DNA from: Camelus ferus
Lineage: Eukaryota
NCBI RefSeq assembly: GCF_009834535.1
Contig: NC_045697.1
Span: forward strand, 24,740,001-24,804,000
Direction: 5' to 3'
DNA length: 64,000 nt
The first letter of the stretch is position 1. The number at the start of each line of letters is the position of its first letter. Made by a program: the position numbers and the translations under genes. Of this stretch, positions 23,896 through 36,624 are shown piece after piece. The notes beneath the pieces were generated by a model. That model was not told the origin of the DNA and searched no databases. It was given only the letters and a program-made list of their open reading frames with translations.

Positions 23896-26330
23896 ACAGC
23901 CAAGGATTCTTAAATAGAAGTCATGTCTTTAACATGGTCAGCAACAGTTCCCTCAAGTAGTCCAGAAGGATTCTGTTAACAGTTTAACAACACAGAAGTT
24001 TGCACTCGGTCTATATCCCCATTTATACTATCTTTATTCAATGCCTAGAAATATGCCTTGGTCACAGAAACCCAGAATGAAGTGAGGAGCTTACATCTCT
24101 TTGATTTGTCCTGCTTTTAATTCATATTTGGGATAGAATATTTTAGTTTTTATCTAGTTTATTTTCACATTAAAATGTCCAATAGCTAATGATAATTAAC
24201 ACTTTTATTCTAGATATTTAGATGCATCAGTGTTACATCAGTCCTTTGTTTTATCAATAAGTCTCTGAAAGAAGTGTTTCAATACAGCTCAGTCCCTGAA
24301 GGAGTTTGATTTGAAAGGCAGGAGGTTGAGAAAGGGAATCTGCAATTAAAGGGGCTCTTCAGCACAAACCAGCCCTAAGAGATACAGCGTTACTAAGTCA
24401 TTAAAATAGTAATAAACAGGGAAAGTGTAGATCAGACACATGGGACATTTATCAAGAAGTAAAAAGCTTATACGTGTTCTCAGAAAGATAGGTGGGAGGA
24501 AAAATCAGCAGAACAAAGTCTCTCTCTGAGGATTTCATGCAAGTGGACCACACAGACGCCGGCACTTTGCTGCCCCTGGGAGAGGTAAAAGGCAAGCTTT
24601 GTCTGTCAGCAGGAGACTGCTGTCAGCCTCTGCCTCCAAGCTCTTCTTTGTTTTAACATCCTAAGCTCAACTGACAGCACTCACCCCCGCTGTCCACCTC
24701 CTCAGTTCCTGTTCATGCTCTGTTGAGTGTTTCTGAACAAACTAAACTTTAGGCTGGACTCCTTAGAGTAAATTGGTTCTCTGCCTCTTGGTTCAGTGAA
24801 TATCCTTTCCAAGTGATAGTATTACCAGTAATCCAACAGAAAACAACATCAGCAACTTACTAAACTTCCAGCACACTGGAAGTGTTTCATGCTTTATTCT
24901 TGCAGAGATTTTGATAGTCAGTGTATTCGTGTCCAAGGATTTTGAACATCTTTCTTAGCCTCCCAGTCCTCACTATTCACTATTTCTTTCCAAAGGTAAT
25001 TTGGCTAGAGACAGCCATCTTTTCACTCTGTCCTTACATGGCACATGGCACCATTATATATCACCTCTGCATTTCCTAGTTTGACCATAGAACCACGAAT
25101 ACGTTCACAGCATTCTATTCTTCTAAATTTATACTAATTTTTGAATTGCCCAATTATTCCAAATATATTAAGTATATTTACTTATTTTTTATATAATTGT
25201 ACATCTTTCAAGGTTAAAAACTGTCTTTATTCACTCAAAATAATTTATGTAAGTACCTAATATATATCCCAGACTATGGGTAAATAGGACAGTTGAGTTC
25301 AATGGCTATTAAAAATGCTGAAACACAGCATCTCTTTAAATACACAAAGTAGCAGCGGATCTTTTCTATTCCAGCAAAGGGACAATAATTGCCATGAATA
25401 GGAAGGTCAGAAAAGTTAACCCTTGTTGTAGGGGGTCCATGTCCTCGTCATGCTTAGAAGGCTGGAAGCTTAAAATCAATTTCTGTAACAAAGCAAGTCA
25501 GTGCTTTCTTAGTCCTACTGTGACAATCAAAATACATTTACTGCGGTACCTGCAGCTTCTATTTTCATATGGAAAAAAACAGAAATAGTAGAAAGAGGGG
25601 AAGACAATTCTAGGAGAAAGATATTCAACTAACATGCATGAAAATCAGAATTAAGGATAGTGGTAGAGTAATTCCATGAATGGCCCTAATTAATTACCTC
25701 CCTGTATCTCTTACCATTGCCCTAAAAATGTGTAGTCCCTTCGCAATCTGACACTGGCCCTAGTCATGAGATTCATTTTGTTCAAAAGGTGTTAGCATAC
25801 ATGACATGTGGGCAGTGGATTTCATGGAACTTAACAATTCTCCCACTCATGCCCTAAAGTGGTCTCAAATGAGTATCCTACATGGTAGATGAGCATGCAT
25901 ATTGAAATATGTTCCAGTTTGGAGACTGATTGGGTAGAAGGGTAGTCTCTGACTTTTAGGAAGAATTTCCACCTTAGTTATAATAAAGGATAATTCCTTT
26001 TCTTGATCACTATTTCCATCTGTTCTCTTGAATCTGTTTTATACTCTGAAAGGCAAAACTCAAACTCAAAGTTCACTTTAAAACCCTAAAGGATGAGCAG
26101 AATTAGCTGGGTAGAGTTTTCCCAGGAGAGAACCACACATAAGCAAGTCCTGCAGGAAAGAGAACAGTGCAATTCTACTCTTACCAGGGATGGGACATCA
26201 TTTCCCCTAGTCTTAGTCCTGACTGCTACCACTGGCAAGACAGGTAATATGACACACTTTTAATATGACACGCTTATTGTTTTCAGATCCTTGTTAAAAT
26301 TGATTAAGACACTGGTTTGAAACAGCTGTC

Positions 26331-27154
26331 AGAAGACCCAAACAGACATTTCTCCAATGAAGACATACAAATGCTCAACAGGCACATAAAAAATGCTTGA
26401 TGCCACACTAGTTATCAGAGAAATGCAAATCAAAACTACAGTGAGGTATCACCTCACACCAGTCAGAATGGCCATCATTCAAAAGTCCACAAACAACTGC
26501 TGGAGAGGGTATGGAGAAAAGAGAACCCTTCTACACTGTTGGTAGGAAGCTAAATTGGTGCAGCCACTATGGAGAACAGTATGGAGGTTCCTTTAAAAAC
26601 TGAAAACAGACTACTATATGATCCAGCAATCCCACTCCTGGGCATATATTCAGATAAAACTCTAACTCAAAAAGATACATGCACCCCAATGTTTATAGCA
26701 GCACTATTCACAACAGCCAAGATATGGAAGCAACCTAAGTGTCGATCGACAGATGACTGGATAAAGAAGATGTGGTATATATATATAATGGAATACTACT
26801 CAGCCATAAAAATGAAACAGTGCCATTTGCAGCAACATGGATGCACCTAGAAATGATCACATTAAGTGAAGTCAGTCAGAGAAAGATAAATATCATGTGA
26901 TATCAATTGTATGTGGAATCTAAAAAAATGACACAAATGAACTTATTTACAAGACAGAAACAGACACACAGACATAGAAAACAGACTTATGGTTACCAAA
27001 AGGGAAAGTGGGGGAAGGAGGGATAAATTAGGAGTTTGGAATTTGCAGAACCTAACTACTATATATAAAATAGACAAACAAGTTTCTACTATATAGCATA
27101 GGGAACTATATTCAATAACTTCTAATAACCTATAATGAACAAGAACATGAAAAA

Positions 27155-27222
<68 letters not shown>

Positions 27223-27298
27223 CTGAATCATTATGCTATACACCAGAAACTAACATGACATTGTAAATCAACTATACTTTGATTAAAAAAAAAAAGAA
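26331..27298 (+). mobile_element. Relatively young 5'-truncated L1 (cetartiodactyl-type 3' UTR) with TSD
   Basis: ORF2 C-terminus '[11 protein letters not shown]...DTCTPMFIAALFTTAKIWKQPKC'. A-tail at ~27285-27295. TSD tgaaacagctg at 26318-26328 and 27299-27309. Confidence 0.95.
27157..27220. repeat. Perfect (AT)32 within the L1 3' UTR
   Basis: Counted 64 nt of uninterrupted AT. Confidence 0.95.
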
Positions 27299-28974
27299 TG
27301 AAACAGCTGCCACTGAGTATACCTCATAGCTATACCCAAATATGTAACATCAGCTTGAAGTTGTGGACACGATCTGTATGGGAACTTGCAAGGTTAAAGC
27401 TCGGCCATGAGCTTTCTGTGGAGAGGGGAATAATTCTTCTCCCTCGACCATAATAAGCTGTGTGTGAATCGTGGTGTGCCACTCCTAAACTCCCGTTTCA
27501 AAGAAGAAGAGGAGCATCAGCCTGAAAAGCAGAAAAGGGCATTATTTATTTAACATATATAAATAATTATAAGGTGACAAGAAGTCTTCACTCTTTAAAG
27601 GGGAGGATGACACATGGCTAGGGGGTACCACAGGAGCATGTGGAAATGTCAAGACATCACTCTACAACTCTGGCCCATTTTCTCCACCTTTTGCATTTAT
27701 CATTTCTCACATGAGATTTATAGTCTCTGAATTTCAGATTTTGGAAGTGTAGTGGCTATAACCATGAATAAAATATGCCAGTGTACATGTTATTAATCTC
27801 CTGTGCTGTTCTGGCACTTGTGTGGGGTCTAGCTGAATTTAGATGATAGCATATTCATTCTGCACTGCTTCTATTAAAAATCTTTTCTCACAACTTTTTA
27901 AAATAAGCTTTCAGGTTTGTCTGGATCCCTACTCTGGAATTTTAGTAAGTCCATTCCTTTTCTCAGTGATCTGAAAGATTGCAATGGGTAATGAGAAATG
28001 TTCACTCTTGAGGAAAAAAATATTTTCTATTTAAAATGTTTAGAAACTGGTGTTTATCTGAGATTGGGAAAAGGATTAGTATCAAATGTAACAAAATGCA
28101 GTAGTACACATTAAGTCAATTTTAATATACAGCACATGGGGAGATACAAATTCTAAATTATTTTAGGTGCACTGCCTGAAACCTAACATACTCATAGTTT
28201 TCCCGTAAGATTAAATTTTAATAATGTTTCTTTATAAATATGCTAGAATCAAACTGATTTAGATTCTGGTGCTATCACAAAGATAGTCTCAAATTTTCAA
28301 TTCATTTTTGCTTATTGTCAGTTATGAACTGCATATATGAATTTCTCCATTCCAAGAGCTTGTCATTATGCAAAGATAAATACACAATTACAATACTATG
28401 AGATAAGTATAGAATTATATGCAAATGTCTTGCATATTTTGAAAATATGATATATCCTTTAATAGAGTTTGGAAATGTGACAAAAAAGTTACCTTCCTAA
28501 AATGCTGTTTCCTTATGCATTTTTCTAATTTAAATATTCTAATATTTGACTAAAAGTAAACTAAAAATCTAAACAAAATAATATCTATTGAAATGCAAAA
28601 GAATTCATGAAAATGTTGATATATATTATTTATCTTGTTAAAAGTAAAACATATTTATCAATGAGTTAGGTAATTTTATTTCTATGACTTGTGTTTTTTT
28701 TTTAAACTGGATTTGATCTTTTGCTGGTAGAATATTTATTTTCATCCCTCTTGAACAAGCTTCTGAACAGACTTTTGATTGGCCTTTGGGAGTAATCCTG
28801 CTTCATTTATTAAGAATATTGCTATCATCAGATCAAAGTATTTTTATATTCTACTGTTGCTTTTGTTTAGAAGATAATATAATTCAGAAATGTCGTTATG
28901 GGAAAACATCACATCCATATTGTGAACTCAAAAATAACAAAATATTCTCATATCACTAAATATTTCAGAACCTC

Positions 28975-29600
28975 CTGTTTTATTGTCTCTTATTTTCAAA
29001 CTCACTCTTTTATATTCTATTTTGTGATGCGGGACTGGGGCTCTGCAAACCACATTTCTTCTTTGATGGCTCTTAAGTCCCACGCAGCAGGGGCAGTGGT
29101 GAGAAACTGGGAGGCTTGAGGAAGAAGAAGGGACTTGTTCTTTCCCTTGGGTTTGTTTTCCTGTAGCATCACCGCCACAGTGCTTCTTCAGCTCAGCAGG
29201 GTATTGGTTACAGTAAGAGAACGTAATTTCAGTTTGCAGGCCTTCCCTATACTTCAAGGATCTGCCGTAGCTCACCTCCTCTTGATAGCTACTAGCCAGC
29301 CAGCTCCTCTTCCTCAGAGGTCTGGCCGATCTGGGCTCCAGAGGCCCCTCATTTATCTGAGTACCTCAAGTTCAAGCGTTTGAGGTCAGACCACCAGCAG
29401 GGCAACACCCCTCCTCGGAGAAGTCTGAATCCTGAGTTGGCACAGCTCCTCCCTTTCTTTCTTCACTCTTATTTCCTGCAATTACTACATCTGTAATACC
29501 ACGGTGTATCTTTTTTTGCCTTTTTAGCTCTCCAGCACCTAGTTAACAATTCTTTAAATGACATTTTCTGTTAGTATAGCTGGAGTGGACGGTCTCCTGA
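28975..29600 (+). mobile_element. ERVL LTR (LTR33-like)
   Basis: 'gggactggggctctgcaaaccacatttct' and the 3' end 'ttctgttagtatagctggagtggacggtctcctgac'. Confidence 0.6.
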
Positions 29601-29994
29601 CCTTACTGGAAGGTGCAGAAGCAAGAAGCACTTACGAATCAGTCTACTTCTCCACCTTAATTTTAAGATTAAAACCTCAATCTTAAGAGGTAGAGTTCTA
29701 GTTTCTAGAACGTTATTATGAACACAACTATATTGTGAATGTTGAGGGAGTGCTGACTCAAGATAAGCGAAGGGACAGAAATTAAAATATAACAAACTGC
29801 CCTCTGTTCAAGATGTTTCCTCTATATATGTTATCATACTTAAGGAAGAAAAAGATTGTCCACAGATTATTGATAAGATTATTTTAAAATTTGAATTTCA
29901 TCTAATCTCAGGAGTCAGTAATTTAGATTAAAATATTTGCTTAACCTTTAATACAGGTAGAAATCCAGTAATACTAGCAATGATTACAAAAAAC

Positions 29995-30200
29995 ATTACT
30001 AGCTACTACTTATTAAGCACTTATTTCTTTGAAAGCATTCTGTTAAGTGCTTTGCATATCTTATTTCATTTGCTCTTCAAAAAACACTTCAGATAATAAA
30101 AAACTCATTATTATCACTGTTTTCAAAGGAGGTGCAGATATATGAAATAATTTATAGATGATCACATATTAATTGAGGCAAGATGGGAACTCAAGTTTTT
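29995..30200 (-). mobile_element. MIR SINE
   Basis: 'agctactacttattaagcactta...gttaagtgctttgcatatcttatttcattt'. Confidence 0.75.
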
Positions 30201-30855
30201 TTTTTCTGTTGTTTTTTAAACTGCAAAGTCTTTATTTTTTGAAAATCATATTTCAATTTACTTTCAAATTATATCACTAAGGACAGATGGCTATTTCCTT
30301 AGTTTTCAAAACTATTTTGTTTTTTGTAGTCTGTTCTCAACAACTGCACTCATTCCAGGGAAAAGGTCCAATGTCTCTGGCAGAGTGGTCCAGTACTAGT
30401 CCTGTTTGTCTTAATTTGGACCTGCTTTTAGTGTTCCTCTTTGGCCTCAACTCCATGACTCCTCATTTTCTAAAGCTGATATTTACGCAACTGTTCTAAG
30501 AAATCCTACTTTTACTTACATCCCATTTTTAGAGACATTAGCAGCTGTCAAGAGTAGCTACAGTCTTCCTTGTGATCTAACCAAAGAACTGAACCCATTC
30601 ATACTTTGGGTCCAAGGGCCCTAGTAGGCCACAGACTACAAACCAAATTTTATCACCATTCCTGTGCTTATGTGAGAAATGTGAAATCTAGTGCCCATTT
30701 AATTCTTTAGCTGATACATGATGTAAAAGTGAATACAATAGAGGGTGCCAAAGCTAGGTTTTTTTTATAATTTTGCTTAGTGTAGGTTTGCCTGTGTATC
30801 AATTAAACATATTATATCAATTAACGTCCATGAAATACCTATAGGTACAGAATAT

Positions 30856-31400
30856 TGTAAGGGAACGACTCTGACACCCCAAAATATGACACTCTGACAT
30901 AAGGATTATTTTAAGCTGAAGATAGTTGTGAAACAGCAGATATCAAAAAAAGCCCCCTATTTGCCTAAAAAGGAGGCTTAGACTCCTAATGACCTGTAAC
31001 AACTCTAGAATCTCATTAGCCCAGATACGGTACTGAAAGGAATCTACCCAACAGATCTTACTAAAATAACCTTATCTTTCATTAGTTTCTTCTCCTATAT
31101 TTATTTACCTTCCCACTGTTTGCTACCTCAACAGCCTAAAACCCTTTTCTTTGTCTTACCAGTTTTCTACAAATTCATTGTTCTTTGTTAAGATGCTATA
31201 TATAAAGCTATAAACCCCACGTTCTAACCACTCCTCTGGGATATTCCTAGCTGAGTTTCTCCCATGTGTATTCATGCTGCACATGTTAATAAACTCTGGG
31301 AGTTCTTTCCTGCCAATTTGCCTTTTGCCAGTTTAATTTCCAGGGCCCCAGCTGGAAAATCAAGGAGGTAGAGGAAAAAGTTTCTTTCCTCCTCTATACA
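30856..31400 (+). mobile_element. Solo ERV1 LTR, MER34/MER39-like
   Basis: Starts 'tgtaagggaacgactctgacaccccaaaatatgacactctgacataaggattattttaagctgaag'. TATA-like at ~31198, AATAAA at ~31288, ends 'cctcctctataca'. Confidence 0.9.
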
Positions 31401-32179
31401 AGTAAAAATGTTTACTTAAGTAAAAAACAAACAAACAAACAAAAAGCTTGAGTACATACTGTCTTCTGCCTGGTTATAGAGAAACATGTCAGACATGTAT
31501 CAAGAGACAAAAAGTACTATCATTTGGGACCATCACTCTGGACAGGAAGGTGAAGCAGGTATCACCCCGCGTGGAACATATGATCCTTGGTGGCTTACGC
31601 TAGTCCTCGGAAAGGAGGGGACAAAGCTGTTTTGAGAAAACCAGAGAATAGGATGAGGGCATTTCAAAGGCAGGGTGGGGTACATGGTATTTAAAGAATA
31701 GAGTAAAACACTTTGGGGAGGAAACATTGCCAGTACTCGTTCTATGTTGTACTTAGGTCACCAAAAAGGAAAACACAAAGGCTCTGACTTTAAATTTCAA
31801 GTATATGATTATATAGATGATAGTGTCCTCCTGTTCATTTTCACAAGGTTCAGTATAAGAAGAAATGGACTTTCATTGGAGCCAAGAGGGACAAAGTTTT
31901 CATCTAAGACACAATGAAATGATAGCAGGTATTAAAACTTGATATATGTTGAAGGGGCATTGTATAACTAAGCATGGTACAGACTTTGTGTGACCAGAAG
32001 TTTAGCGGAAAAAAAAGTTACTTTGGATCAGGAAAAAACAAGGAAGACTTTTTTGGGCCATAGAATGTGACCTGAATTGTGTAATGAAATCTGAGAATGT
32101 CACTGAAATCAAAATAATCACAGAATAAACAAAATATAGGAAACTATTTAGAATTTGTACTAACATTTATCATTTTTTA

Positions 32180-32420
32180 CATCTTAATAACTGATTTCTA
32201 TGTGCCAAGCACTGTTCTAAATGCCTCACATATATTAACTCATTTCATGCTCATAACAACACTGTGAGGTTAGTCAGGCCCTAGATTATCATCATTTTGC
32301 AAATGAGACAACTTAAGCATAAGACAGTTGCTGACTAAGTCATTCTGATACTAAGACACTGAAGTGGGCTTTGAATCCTGCTGGTTTGGTTTCAGAGGCC
32401 AACACCTGAACCACTACACA
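32180..32420 (-). mobile_element. MIR SINE, near full length
   Basis: 'tatgtgccaagcactgttctaaatgcctcacatatattaactcatttcatgctcataacaacactgtgagg...ctttgaatcctg...aaccactacac'. Confidence 0.85.
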
Positions 32421-35400
32421 ACACGCTCTTTCCCCAAAGAACACATACCCACACCCACATACTACCGTAGACATGCTAACATCCAGAATTTAGGGTTTCC
32501 TTCATGATGAGTTCCAATTTGAGACTACCTTTGCCATCTAATAAATAAGATTACTTTGAATACTGGAAGGTACATAGAGGGTTTTCTTAAGGATCTGTTT
32601 GTAAAAGATCTTCAGATATTAAGGAAGTAACTGAAACTGAATTAAAACCATTATTTTTATACCTAAAGCAGTGAGATTATGAAGACAAGTGAAAAAGTGA
32701 CACAAACATTTTTTTTTCTCCTTTACCATTTTCTCCCCTCCCATGCACATATGTATTATTTTGGCTCTCAGTATACAGATACAGACGTTTTGGACAGTTT
32801 AACTTTTCCCTGTTTTATCTATTTTAAAAATATGTACTTAGTTTCCATGGTCATTTGTCTTTCAATATGTCATTCAAACTCAAACAAATATTTAAGTTCT
32901 TGGTGTCTAGTTAATACTTAGTGTTAAAAAAATAAAGTTATGCTAGACTTGACATTGTACCTACTGTTGTAAATGGACTGCATGTCATTGGCTCACTTTA
33001 TATTTGGCCTTAATATAACTCCCTTGACTGGTTATCTCAGCATGTTATCTGACTTTGCCTTCAAGTACAACAGTTAGTGTCTCACTGCCAGCCTAATAGG
33101 ATAGTGCCTCTACGAAACCATTTGGATCGTAATTTCTTCTTTTGCCTTGAATTCACAAGTACAAATTCTATTTAAAAGAAAAATGTTGCTCCAAATGTAT
33201 ACTACAACAGCATAAGAAACTAGAAGCCTAGTGGTGAATTTGAAGAACAGACAATTTTCACAAACACAAACAGTTATGAATATGCATGAAGATCCCTACT
33301 GCACACTTTAACCCACCAAAAAATCCCCCCAAAAAACCCATAAAAAGCTTTCTTATTAAGAACTTCCATTTGGAATCACATCTTTTCTGTTGGGGCAAAG
33401 CCTTTAAAAAGAGAAACACTTAACTCTTCATCGTGGCTAGATTGGAAAATTCCCTGGTGGAAAATTAAGTAGTTTGGAGAGTGCATTGACTTGTGCAGAT
33501 GAAAAGACACCCTAATAGTCTGAAGAGTTAATATGCTTGAATACCCTCTTGCTGCACATTGGCTCTAGGATGCCTCAGCGACCCAAAACAGTCCATGTTC
33601 AAGTGCATCTTTTAACACCTAGCGTGGGAAGGAGTAATTTAGCCATTGAAGAAAATTTAAATCACAGACTGCTCCATTGTCTAAATCATCCTCAGGGAGC
33701 AAATGACAATTTTGAAAGCTACATTATCTCAGTAGAAAAATTTACAGAGCAATCCTCTGGTGACCTGAAGGAATTAATACTCAAGTTTCTACTGACGTCT
33801 AGTCACTTTCTTTAGGGTAAGGAACTCAATAGGGACTTCTGTTTCCAGGTCAAAAAGCACAAGGTCAGTCAGCAACAGTGAGTGAGGAGGCATTAGACAA
33901 TTAAGAGAGATGATGACAACTAGGATGAGGTCTTCTAGTACCATCCTCAAGGCTGAAGGGCTTTAAAGTATGAAGGCATTGATGATGTAAACAGGTTGGT
34001 ATGCTGAAGACTTTTAACTTCCAACCTAGAATAATTTGACACTGTGGGGAAAAGAACAAATTTTCCTATTTTGAAATATGTAGAAATGAAACCAGCAGCT
34101 CTGTGGATGCTACAGCTTATTAAAGATGCAAATTAAAAATATCAAAAAGCATGGAGATTTGCTTAACCTTTTACCAAGTGTAAATCTTTAATCTGATCTT
34201 AATATGAACTTCGTTGATTTACTTTAAGTTTAATAACATACTGAACTTGTGAGGTGTTAGCAGTACCTTAAGTGGTCAAGTATTGTATTTTAGAATTGAT
34301 AGAAAAAGGTTAATTTGAAATCCAGTCAGGAAATCATATTACACTGTACAACATATATCTGCTTTAGTGAAGAACTGACAAAGTGCAAATGCCTCAGAGG
34401 AAAAATTCCACTAAATTAAAAGCAAAAGATTAATTTACTTGGAAATGAATTTGCATCCAACTGTAAAACAATGCCATTATGCCATTTTTTCTTTCTTTTT
34501 CTTCTTCTTGTAATGTAACCAGCCATTTCTGATGACTGGTTACATTCTTTTGTTACTAAATTAGAGGTTATATAAGGCAAAATGGAATCGACGACACTTG
34601 GATTAAAATAAAAATTCGGTAGAAAATTTTATTTATAAACACTAGCTCTCACTTAGTATTTTATTATTGAGTTACTTTTGAACTTTTTTTTCATTTTACA
34701 GTAAACTTAAATTAGCCATGCTACATTAAAAATTAAAAATATACCATACAGGAAAACAGTCACTGCTATAGCCTTTAGAATATGATTTAATTTAGCAATA
34801 TCAGAGTAGCATTAATAAAAACAATATAATATCCAAATGACAAGAAAATAAGGCAGTCCCTCATGCTTGTACAGGCCATTCCTTTCATCTTCTCTAAAAA
34901 TTAGACTCACAAAACATGTCATAATTACTTGAAATTGTCTGCAGTATCAGGAAGAATAGTTTAAAATCACTTTATCACATGCCAAACCACAGTCTATCTC
35001 TGACAATGTGAATTAGTCACTACTAAAAATAAAGGATGATGATTAATTACCTTAGAGAATACCTGCCAGTATTATCAGTCACTGGAACCAGATTTCTTAC
35101 TGAAACATACTCTGCAATAATTTAAGTACATGCTTCATCACCTCGCCTAATCCAAGACACAATCTTTATGATCAAAAGATAAATAAAATAATAAAATATT
35201 CTTGAGGTAAGTCTTTATTGTGCTAGTAGAGTAAACAAATGAATGAACAGTTGTTAATGACATCTGCAGATAGCAAATGTAAATTTTATCCATGCCTTAC
35301 CCGAACTCAAAGATGGCTACCCAGGGTGGTTTATATCATTGCCAAGTATGACTTACATCTTGAAATCTCTAATTTGACACCCTCATCCGATTATTTAAAA

Positions 35401-35864
35401 TTACTTTTTAGTCTCTCTCTCTGTCTCTCTTTTTTTTTTCCATTCTAGGAGAACACAGACCTTCCAGTGAGAAGATCATAATATACTCACTGGGATAATG
35501 TATTCACATTCCTAGGATAATAACTAGTGTCATGGAAGATTAATTTCCTAAAGATTACTCTTGAAATTTAAATAGGTTTTAAATTCTGACAATTGAACTG
35601 TTTATTTACTCACATTATCAGATAAAATATTTCATATTTTGGTGATTCTAGACTTCACTGAATTCTAATTTCCAATTCCTAATGCATTCAGTTTAGGAAC
35701 ATTTTATTTCTATAGATTTGCACGGTTGTTTACTGTTTGCAGTAATGAAGAATTCTAGTAATAACAAAATGCTGTTTTCTGAAGAACAATGAACAAGTAA
35801 GTCTCTGCAGGACAGGCCTTTCTATGTGGAAATTATTTAGCTCCTGTACATGGAAAGAGATGCA

Positions 35865-36290
35865 AACTCTCCAGTGCTTTTCCTCCTCCCCCACCTCTGT
35901 CTATTTTTCACACAGAATCTACAGCAATCTTTTTTTTTTAAATGAATAAATCATATAAGTTCACTCCACCAACTAAAACTCTTCAAAATAGCCTCAGATT
36001 CAGTTTATAATGTACTGCAAAATCCTTAATATAGACTGTGGCCTAGAATGATCTTCCCATGCTTACTTCTTAAACTTTATTTTTAGCACTATGTCTTCTA
36101 GATGAATAAAAGCTATAGTAGTCTTTAATGTTTACAAAATTCAAGGCCTTAAAATTTACATGTGTTATTTATTTCTTCCACTTGAACTGCTGAATTCTCT
36201 TCCTGACCTGCATAATTAATATCCCTTCACTCCCTTCACTCCTGACCTGCATAATTAATACTTACCTACAGGTCTCCTTTTAGTTTCTAA
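35865..36290 (+). mobile_element. L2 fragment
   Basis: 'ctatttttcacacagaatctacagcaatcttttt...aaatcatataagttcactcc...taaaactcttcaa'. Confidence 0.6.
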
Positions 36291-36521
36291 TATCTCAGTA
36301 TACACAACTACAACCACCACCATCACTATCATCACTAAAATCCTTCTGTTATATCCTTCCACAAAACTTTTTTCTATGAGAAGACAGAAAATGACATGCT
36401 ATATTTTTCCTTCATCAAACATAAAAATATATGCAACATCTACATATATTTAGGTCTTTGATATGTATACCATGTTTTCTACAGATTTATTTACAGCAAA
36501 TAAATATAGTGAGAGTAGAGA

Positions 36522-36538
36522 ATATATATACACACATA

Positions 36539-36570
<32 letters not shown>

Positions 36571-36610
36571 CGTATATATATATATATACGTATATATATA
36601 TATATATATG
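36522..36610. repeat. Compound (TA)/(CA)/(TG)/(TA)nCG microsatellite
   Basis: About 88 bp of alternating purine-pyrimidine sequence. Confidence 0.95.
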
Positions 36611-36624
36611 AAAGAAAAAGTATG

